From: Bugula neritina
Lineage: Eukaryota > Animalia > Bryozoa
Direction: 5' to 3'
Assembly: GCA_964035545.1 (NCBI GenBank)
Contig: OZ037767.1
Coordinates: 15,442,998 to 15,506,997, forward strand
Length of the DNA: 64,000 nt
This document shows, one piece after another, positions 54,730 through 64,000 of this stretch. The stretch's first letter is position 1. Every line of letters starts with the position of its first letter. The notes under the pieces were generated by a model that ran no database searches, was not told the origin of the DNA, and saw only the letters and a program-made list of their open reading frames with translations. A program made the position numbers and the translations under genes.

Positions 54730-57662
54730 CCATTAAAATAGAACTAATAAAGCCAACGACGTTAATGGTATGTCTAACTAAACATAGCATGTCTCGTCTG
54801 GCAGTGGGTATGTGGAGGACCAGGCAACCTACGGCCGTCAACCCGTTACTGGCACAACTAGAAGAAGATACTCAAGAGAAGACAACAAAGTTGTCATGAA
54901 ATGCTACTTCAAAAGTACACCCAAATTAAGAGGTTATAGAAAAACAATGTATGAGCTCTGTAGACCCGGATCAAGGAATTATTTAAAAAGAATGTTTAAC
55001 ATCAGCGAATAGAGACTAGCGGATTAAGCAAGAACTATGAAGAAACACAAGCATTTTATGGAAAAAGAACTCCATAAGATTGAAGAAGGAACCTTGCAAG
55101 ACCTAAGCACATCAATTGGTGAAGAAGATAATGAAGAGCTAAATTTGCAAATAGAGGATGTTATAGTACAACATGAGATAGCATATAAATCAGCCATGAG
55201 AACTTTAAGAGTACCTAGTTCAGAGGTAGAAAAAGTGTTAGTAGAAAAAATATAAATGAGCATAGCAAACTATCTAATGATCGACCAACACTAAGAGCCC
55301 TTAGGCACATTGAGAGGGTCAAATTACTACAGGCAGCAAGACAGATCAATGAAGTATTAGACTGTGTTGAGATTATTAATACCATTGAGCTCAATAACCC
55401 CACCATGGCTTGTGCGAAAAATAGTAACAGAACAAGTGTGTAACAAAAAAGAAAAAGAAAAACGGACAATGTACAAGTATGGAAAATATGACTGCAGAAG
55501 AAATAAAAAGAAATTAGATCAGACTTGAGTAAAATAGTAGAGTGAAAAAGTAGAGCTTACAATGATTCATTGAGAAGAATGGTTGAAGGAAAATCTAGGA
55601 TAAAAAACAAAGAGTATGGTGTAGTGATTGAAGAACTGAAGCAAAACCTGAGAGCTGTAAGCTAGAAGATAAACAGATATACAGAATGAGTTGACCAATA
55701 TAACCAGAACAGGATGTTTACAATGATGAGCGCTTTTATCAAGAATTACGAGGAAATGAATGTACATCTAAAGAGGCACCCGACAAGAAAAACAAAAGCA
55801 TTCTGGTAAAATATATGGGGGTCAGGAAACTAAAAATAATACCAATGCAGAATGGCTATACATAAAGTAAGCAACAAATTGGAGCATATGTAAAGACAAG
55901 GGAATTAGATCTTAGAAACAATGCAAACAACTGGAATGGCAAATAATGTCATAAGGTTGATAAGAAAAAGCATGAAATCTGGAAAACACAACTGAAATAC
56001 CTGGAAGAAAAGATAGGAGAAATAAAGATCAAACTAAGAATTTTTCAAGGAGACTCTTTATCTCTATCCCTTTTCTCCAACTACCAATTCGCATGACAGA
56101 AGCGGCTCAATGATGCAAATTTCGACGAGGCAGAAAACAAACTATCTTCTATATGTGAATGACCTGAAGCTAAATAGGAAATCAAAGTCAGAACTGGAAG
56201 CTTTGGTAAACACTGCCAGGATCTTCACAAGGGACATAGAAATGAAATTTGGATTAAAAAATGTGCCACACCGGTTATGAGAAAGGGAAAGAAAATCAAG
56301 GACACAGGAATCAGTTTGCCTGATGAACAAGCAATCAAAGATCTGGGTAAGAAGCCGTATAAATATCTAGGATTTTTTGAGACTGATAGAATACAAATAT
56401 ATGAAATGAAAAATAAGATTAATGAGTACTATAAACAATTGAGAAAAGTTCTGGATTCAAAACTGAATGGTGAGAACACAATCAAAGCAATAAACACATG
56501 GGCAGTAACAGCAGTGCATTACACATCTAGAATACTTGACGGAACTGTTTCATGAGCTAAAGGATATGGACTGAAAGACAAGGAAGCTAATGACAACAAA
56601 CCGTGCACCCCATCCAAGAGCAGATGTAGGCAGGCTGTATGTTAGCAGAAGAGAAGGCGGTAGAAGAATGGTGTCAACTGAAAAATGCATAAATATTGAA
56701 AACTGCAGCATGTCAGACTACATAAATAGAACATGGACTGATAAAAACACCACACTGAATACCTTCTTAAAAGACAAAACAGCGGTAGAACTAAATAATG
56801 ATAAAGTGATAGAAAAAACTGATGAGTGGAAAGAAAAAGCTTTACGTGGACAATACATCAAAATGGTGGAAGACATGAAAGCATTTTCCTGGAACTGGTT
56901 GAAGTATGGTTGGCTGAAAAAGGAAACATAAAGACTGCTGACAGCTGCGCAAGATCAACTATTCACTACTAGAAATTATAAAGTGGCTATGATGAAAGAA
57001 CAGGGTAGCAAGAAGTGTGGAATGTGTAACACAAGACACAAAACTTTGATGCATATATTGAGTGAATTTGAGAAGGTAGCACAAAAATAATATAAGAAAA
57101 GACACAACCTCGTGGCATCGATAATTTTAATAGTAGTTGTGTGAACTTCGTGGGTTTCAGAGAAGTAAGAATTGGTACGAACATCAAACAAAATCAGTAC
57201 TGAAAAACGATGATGTAAAAACCTTGTAAGATTTTAACATACACACTGACATAGTCATCAAAGTTAGGAGACCCGATATATTAGTAGTTGACAAGCATAA
57301 TGCCGAAACAACGATAATTGATATCACAGTCCCTGTTGACTACAGAGTAGAAGAAAGAAAATTTGAAAAAATAGGAAAATATCAGAATTTAGCACTAGAA
57401 TAAACCCGCCTTTGGAAAACACCAAAAAAGTCATCCCGTTGTAATTGGAGCCTTTGGAGCTTCATACAAGATTGTAGACTGGCTGACACTACTTGAAGTA
57501 GCTGAAAACAAATGCTCACTAATTCAGCAGACACCCTAACTAGGATCAGCATAAGCTCACATCTTGAGGAAAGTTCTATCCATTCCAGCCTAGTGTAACT
57601 AGGCCAATGGTAAAAGGTTACACCAGCTGAAAAACTGCGGTCAATCAACAATAATAATAATA
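54730..57662 (+). mobile_element. Decayed R4/Dong-type (RLE) non-LTR retrotransposon
   Basis: Fragmented motifs in order: VMKCYF..RGYRK, IFQGDSLS, LLYVNDLKL, YKYLG, KAINTWAV, HPRADVGRLYVSRREGGR, WKEKALRGQY, LKKET..AAQDQ, CxxC..H, RRPDI..D..IIDI.VP. It ends in (AAT)n and starts beside TAA repeats. Many stops and frameshifts. Confidence 0.85.
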
Positions 57663-57706
57663 TACAACTATATTAGTGCAGTTGGTTCTATTATATTAGA
57701 TTAACA

Positions 57707-60700
57707 ACGCAACGCAACGGGTCTGTGAACACTCGTCAGGAAACTGAAAGGGCGAATGAATTCCATGAATCAACGGCCATTCACTGCAACTAGGTATGTT
57801 TTCCAGTCGTCGAGGCTCCATTGCCACTGGATCCATACATGCCTAGCCAAGCTTACAGAGTATCGTTTCGTGCGACAATGCTCTATACCACGCACAGCTT
57901 CTGCTTGCAACCCTCCTCAAGCCCTGCGGCGATTGGAGCGTAGCGACGGGAACAGGGAAGTGAAGCCTGGAGGTTTCCAGTTACAAACCAGCACGTAGGC
58001 GGTAGAGATTTATCAGTCGCTCAACTTAGGACAGGGAGCAGTATGGTTGTTCGGTAGTGATCTCTATGACTGAGCAGTCCTTTTTAGGACCCACTCTGCT
58101 CACCTCAATCAGAGGAGAGGGCTAGAAAAGGTGCCCCAAACATAGTCTGCTCCCAACTCAACCTGGCTGGATTACCGCGTCCAGCGGGTTCACCTCTTTG
58201 CGGTCAGAAAATACAAATGAACATAGCAACCTGGAATGTACGGACAATGATGGACAATGATAAATGAAACAGACCTGAGAGAAGAACGGCTTTCATAGCT
58301 CGTGAACTCAGAAGACTAAATGTAGACATAGCAGCCCTTCAGGAAACTCGCTTAGCTGATGAAGGGCAGCTCACGGAAATTGGTGGTGGGTACACTTTTT
58401 TCTGGAGAGGGAAACCAGCTGATGAACAGAGAGTTCATGGGGTTGGTTTCGCTATCAAGAATGAGGTTGTGAGGAAACTCGACCAGCTACCAGTGGGAAT
58501 CAACGACAGGATGATGACTCTCCAACTAAACCTACGCCGCAACAGGAAAGCAACATTGATTTCAGCATATGCACCGACATTGCTTGCTGATCATCAGGAA
58601 AAGGAGCAGTTCTACTCCAATCTAGATATGGTTCTATCAGGGATCCCCAAGAGTGCGAAAATCATGGTCCTTGGAGATTTTAATGCTCGGGTTGGAAAAG
58701 ATCACCATGTGTGAAAAAAGATAATTGGTAAAGATGGGACTGGGAAGCTAAATAGCAATGGGGAAATACTGCTCACCAAATGTGCTGAACACTCCTTGGT
58801 AATCACAAACACTCTTTTTAGACAGAAAGACCGACGCAAGACCTCATGGAGACATCCCAGATCTGGCCACTGGCACCTTATCGACTACATCATTGTCAAA
58901 CAACGGGATGTGCAGGATGTGTGTATAACCCGAGCTATGGACCTATCTGATGCTTGCTGGACAGACCATCGACTGATTCTGGCAAAAATGAACATATGTA
59001 TTCATCCAAAACAAATAAACAGGAAAAGAAAGCAGACAAAAATAAATCTATCGCTGCTCAACCAGCCAGAAATAAAGCAGAGCTTCCAAAGTGAGCTCAC
59101 AGAGAATATCCAAGATATTGATATAAATTCTACTCATGGCAGCTGGGAAGTTCTGAGAGATTCGATCTTGAAAACATGCCACTCAACCCTGGGTAAACCA
59201 GAACGAAAACATGAAGATTGGTTTGATGACAACGAACAAGAAATAAACGAGCTCATGAAGGAGAAACGCCATGCTTTCAGCTTATGGCACCAAGACTATA
59301 GAAATGTGGAAAAAAGGGAACATTATCATAAAATGAGAAGGAAAGTACAGGCGAGAATAAGGACAATAAAAAATGACTGGTGGATCCGAAAATCTGAGGA
59401 ACTTCAGAGACTTGCTGAGACAAACAGTAGCAAAGAGTTCTTTTCCGCTACGAAGAGATTGTATGGCCCAATTTTTGGAGGATGTGGGCCAATAGCTTCC
59501 AAAGATGGTTCCACAATACATAAGGGGAAAGATGAGATCAAGGGCAGATGGGCTGAACATTTCTCAGAGCTGCTTAACCAAGACACTATGGTAGATGAGA
59601 AGACCTTAGAATGTCTGCCACAACTGTCAATACTGACCCACCTAGCCGAACCCCCAACGATTGACGAACTTGAGAAAGCATTATCCATGACTAAGTCAGG
59701 AAAAGCTGCCGGACCGGATGGAATACCTGGAGAGATTTTTAAAGGTGGTGGGCTAGAATTGAACAGAAAATTGCTAGAGCTCTTTCAGCTGATTTGGGAA
59801 AAAGAATCACTTCATCCTGATCTGAAGGATGCTAATATTGTAACTCTTTACAAGAAGGGTAACAGAGCCGATTGTGGAAACTATAGGGGTATCTCTCTGC
59901 TATCCATTGCTGGAAAGCTTCTGGCGAGAATAGTTAGTTTTAGACTTGGCCAATTGATAGAGAGATGCCTACCAGAGAGCCAATGTGGCTTCAGACCTTA
60001 CCGAGGAACTGTGGATATGATTTTTGCTGCTCGGCAGATTCAAGAAAAATGCCTAGAGCAGCACCGTGATCTGTTTATGGCATTCATCGATCTAAAGAAA
60101 GCCTTTGACACAGTTCACAGACCAACGCTGTGGAAAGTGCTAGGCAAGATTGGATGCCCCGACAAATTAGTTACCATCATTCGCATCTTACATGATGACA
60201 TGAAGGCATCAGTATTAGTTGATGGAGACCACTCTAAGGAGTTTCCTGTGAACACAGGAGTAAAACAGGGATGTGTGATAGCACCTACTTTGTTCTCGAT
60301 TTTCCTCACTGCTGTACTTCAACTAGTGAGTGAATGTATGCCATCTGGAGTAAGAATCAGATATAGATTTAATGATATTTTCAATGTCAGACGTCTCAGA
60401 GCTAAGACGAAGACAGCTACCGAGGCTATCCATGAACTGCAGTATGCTGATGATAACATGATCATGGCTCATTCCGAGGAGGAACTTCAACTTGCTCTCA
60501 CAGCATTCAATACAGCATACACCTCTCTTGGTCTAACACTCAATGCCAAGAAGACGCAAGTAATGTACCAACCACACCCGAATACTGAAAGACATGAGGA
60601 TTTTTCCCTCAAGGTGGGAGACCAAATATTAGACCAAGTCACTACCTTCAACTATTTAGGTAGCTGCCTATCCTCTAAAGCAAACATTGATGCTGAAATA

Positions 60701-61509
60701 AACCGAAGACTCCAGGCCGCCAGCTCCGCATTTGGGAGGCTGCAAACACGCGTTTTCAACAACAAGGATATATACAGACAGACCAAACTAAAAGTATACA
60801 AAGCCATTGTTCTCCCGACACTACTTTATGCCTCTGAAACTTGGGTAACCTACAGCCACAACCTGCTGTCCCTCGAGAGATTTCACAACCGCAGTCTCAG
60901 GCGAATCCTCGGAGTCAAATGGCAAGACAGGCAGACTACTAACAGTGTTCTCGATAAAGCTCAAACTACAAGTATTACTACCATGATTGTGAAGAGACAA
61001 CTGAAGTGGTCTGGCCATGTGGTAAGAATGGATGATAACCGGCTACCAAAAAAGATCATGTACTCTGAGCTGAACACTGGAAATCGCTCACAGGGTGGTC
61101 AGAGGAAAAGGTATAAAGACACTCTACACGAGAGCCTTAAGCAGTGTTTCATTCGACCACAGACCTGGGAAGTTCAGGCCTTGGACAGAAAAAATTGGAG
61201 AACTGTTGTGCATCAAGGGACAGCGATTTTTGAACAACAACAACGCCAAAAACGAGAGCACAAACGGTTGTTAAGGAAAAGCAGGGAGTTATGCTCTGTT
61301 ACACACCCACCAGTGACTGACTCTAGTAACATTTGTCCTCACTGTGGCAAATTATGCCGATCTCGAATTGGGCTTGTGAGTCACCTCAGAACTCACAACC
61401 TCTAGTAGGATCTTACGGATTTTTGAACTGGAACGGATTACGGATCTTGGCACAGACTATGGCTTGCAAGCAGACATCATACTCGTCACACGAGGGATTG
61501 CTGACACAC
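57707..61509 (+). mobile_element. Apparently full-length RTE-clade (BovB/RTE-1-like) LINE with 12-bp TSD ATTAGATTAACA
   Basis: TSD at 57695-57706 and 61510-61521, a single APE-RT ORF, and a short 3' UTR with a ctcgt..acgag stem-loop and CA tail. Confidence 0.93.
58217..61405 (+). pseudogene. RTE ORF: AP endonuclease + reverse transcriptase + C-terminal C2H2-like motif, with two in-frame TGA stops
   Basis: MNIATWNVRTM, DIAALQETR, SAYAPT, GDFNARVG, HLIDY, TDH; YRGISLL, QCGFR, FIDLKKAFD, GVKQGC, QYADD, FNYLGS; CPHC..HLRTH. One frame throughout, with TGA at 58265-58267 and 58712-58714. Confidence 0.93.
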
Positions 61510-62899
61510 ATTAGATTAACATATCGATTATGACTTTTCGATTGCCACCCTGATACTATGAGCAAAATGTACAAGCATATGTGAAATTATAAATATGAGC
61601 ATAGGTATAAGAATAGGTATAAGTATAAATATAAATATAGGTACAAGTATAAAACGAATGATTATATTAATAATAATATTAGTCAGTGACACCTATAACC
61701 GTAATGGTTTTTAGACTTACAGTTATCATTAACATTAGCTGAGTAATATGATTAGTTAAAATAATGGTATGCATTATTATATCATAGTTATAAGTTATAA
61801 CTCTAGTCTCTAAAGAGCAACAGCAAGTGTAACTGGGATATTCATATTAAATTTCATATTCACATGGTGCAATGTTTATGTTATGAACTAATTTATTCCT
61901 TCAACAACATTTAACTATATAATTTATTAACACTAACTTTGAGCAGCAGTATTAATAAAAGAAGCGTATTACACATATAAAATAATAAAATCCTTGTAGT
62001 AGGACTAATAGTATTATTAGGTCCAGTATTATTCTTGTTACCTTATTCATCATTTATGAGTTATCAAATTTAAAATTACTACTTATTAGCATCAGCATAT
62101 GTGACCAGTCGCGACAAAACCGGGGATGTGGCGGCGTTTATAAAGTGTAGTAAATGAAGGTTTAATTTGGATATACTTAAATTTGAAATTGATTTTCAGT
62201 TTTTAGGTTTTGAACTTTTCTAATACAAAAAAATCCAAGGATTTCAAAAATCATACTTTCGCAAGCATTTGATGATTCCTTCAGCTTCAAAATTGCATTT
62301 AAAGTTGGTAACTAAGGCATTCAATTTTTTAAATGGTGAAAAATTTGCGAAGTTATCAAATAAAGAAAGAAGACAATTTTAGTCATTTTCATAGCGTGAG
62401 ATCTTGCAGATTTATTTTTTATCAAATGAATTTAGCTTACACCTCTTTCTTCGCATTGTCAGAAGCATCGTATTTAAAATCGCAGGCTAGTTTTAGTTTT
62501 TCATCGTGCTCCATCCAAAGTTAGCTTTTAAGTTACTGAGCTGTTTTGCCCTTTGGCCTTTGGTGATAAATGCTAAACTTAATTTTTATCTTTAGCGTTC
62601 AAGCTTAAAAATCACGACAATACAGGTAATTATACTTAAAACCATCCTTTACGCTATTAACTTAGAATTGTTGCCAGGATTATTTGTAGTTATCAATTTA
62701 TTTATATTCATACTATCACTAGGACTGGAGTATGTCTATTCTTATTCTATACTAGTAACTATTTAAATGACTCTCACTATGACTCACAGGTTGAGGTACG
62801 GTTACTCATAATGATAATCATAATGAATATTATTCATGATTTACTGATACAGGTATTTGGCAGTAAAACTAAATGTAGCTCATTAATATTAATACTAAT

Positions 62900-63016
62900 A
62901 CTCAGAGTCAGACTCAAATAGTGAATTTATAATTATTAATTATTACTTATACTATTAGTAATAGTATAAGTAATAATTAATAATTATAAATTCACTATTT
63001 GAGTCTGACTCTGAGT
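62900..63016. repeat. Perfect 117-bp palindrome (58-bp arms, 1-nt centre)
   Basis: actcagagtcagactcaaatagtgaattt...actatta G taatagt...aaattcactatttgagtctgactctgagt, with no mismatch found. Confidence 0.95.
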
Positions 63017-64000
63017 TTCACCTTCGGTCTTAAAACTTGATACTTATACTGATAGTATTATATTTATTAATTTATTCTATAGTTGATATTTAAATTTACT
63101 TTGGACTTATTCTTAGTAACTTTTAGCCTCTGTCTTAGATTTTGTGAATACAGTTACTGATTACTATTACTATTAGTATTACTATTAGTATTAACGTTAG
63201 GCCTACTAGTCGAGCTACCGTTTCCTTTTGTGATTTTCAAATTAGCTCAAAGTTTGATTTAAAATATAATGATAAAATCTTTATCACATTATGCAGGCTT
63301 ACAGTTACTGTCAAAACTCAATTGGTAATCCTATTTATATTGATAAAAGCATCACCTATAACCAAATTGAAATGGTAAATGTGATTAAATGTAAATGAGT
63401 ATAATGATGAAATATTAATGTGAGTTCATATTGATTCTATAGTTGACTGACTTAGTTCTTCAGTAAGTTACTTTTAGTCTTATTTAGTGAGTAGTAACAC
63501 TAACTGAATGCATAAATAGTCTAAACTTTTTAATTTTATTATAAAGGATGAGCAAAAGTTTATTCATATTTTAAAGTAATTTATTGAATTCAAATTGATT
63601 TCATAGTAAATGTCTTTAATATATTCAGTTGCATTTAGCTAGCTTTTTTACTCAATTAAATGCCTGAGTGGTTAATAGTTATCGAAAGACATTGCTTCAA
63701 AATTGCCAATTGCAGATATGCTAGATATTCAAGTGCATAATGTGTAATTTTACTGATAATACTATGTTAATATAGAATAATACGATATTCTGTACATTTT
63801 AGAAAGTGGGCTTATGAGAACATTAGAGTGAAGACTTATACCTACACAACTCTACTACCTATCAATCTAACACTCCTAATGTAGACACTCTGAATTTTGG
63901 CTTGCAAGGTTATGGCTTGTGCTTATTTCATTCATAAAAAGGTTTGCAGTCTTTTAATGATGTGCTTAAAAATGTTCAACAATTTTTTTAATTTAAATTG

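Noticed and set aside
57707-57790. HDV-like or hammerhead ribozyme at the RTE 5' end
   Set aside because: A GGCGAATG motif and a GAAA hairpin are present, but I could not build the required pairings by eye; a covariance-model search is needed.
59282-61018. Minus-strand ORFs within the RTE element and antisense to the large exons
   Set aside because: Antisense shadows of real coding frames with no motifs.
62097-62140. atatgtgaccagtcgcgacaaaaccgggg as a DNA-transposon terminus
   Set aside because: No matching inverted end was found in the window.

Overview
AT-rich, intron-containing animal (invertebrate-like) genomic DNA. About 721-42375 is a tandem segmental duplication (unit 1 ~721-19500, unit 2 ~24854-42375). 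Each unit carries a 3' half-copy of a CPEB1-type gene (RRM2 + ZZ zinc finger) and three paralogues (A on -, B and C on +) of a multi-exon family of predicted secreted ~510-525 aa proteins: signal peptide, WSC domain, NHL-like propeller region, C-terminal PAN/Apple domain. The ORF track misses these spliced genes. A2, C1 and C2 look intact; A1, B1 and B2 are disabled. The most striking signal is a mosaic architecture. The highly diverged paralogues share near-identical nucleotide blocks, and C1/C2 are almost identical except for one ~330-bp divergent patch lying between two such blocks. This suggests segmental gene conversion diversifying a putative carbohydrate/pattern-recognition family (inference). 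The window also has a truncated CMC/EnSpm transposase at the unit-2 breakpoint, a non-autonomous CACTA-type element, palindromic MITEs, a small retroelement insertion, a degenerate unknown multi-exon gene (43-46 kb), a decayed R4/Dong-type non-LTR element and a near-intact RTE LINE with a 12-bp TSD. All alignments and counts were made by eye.
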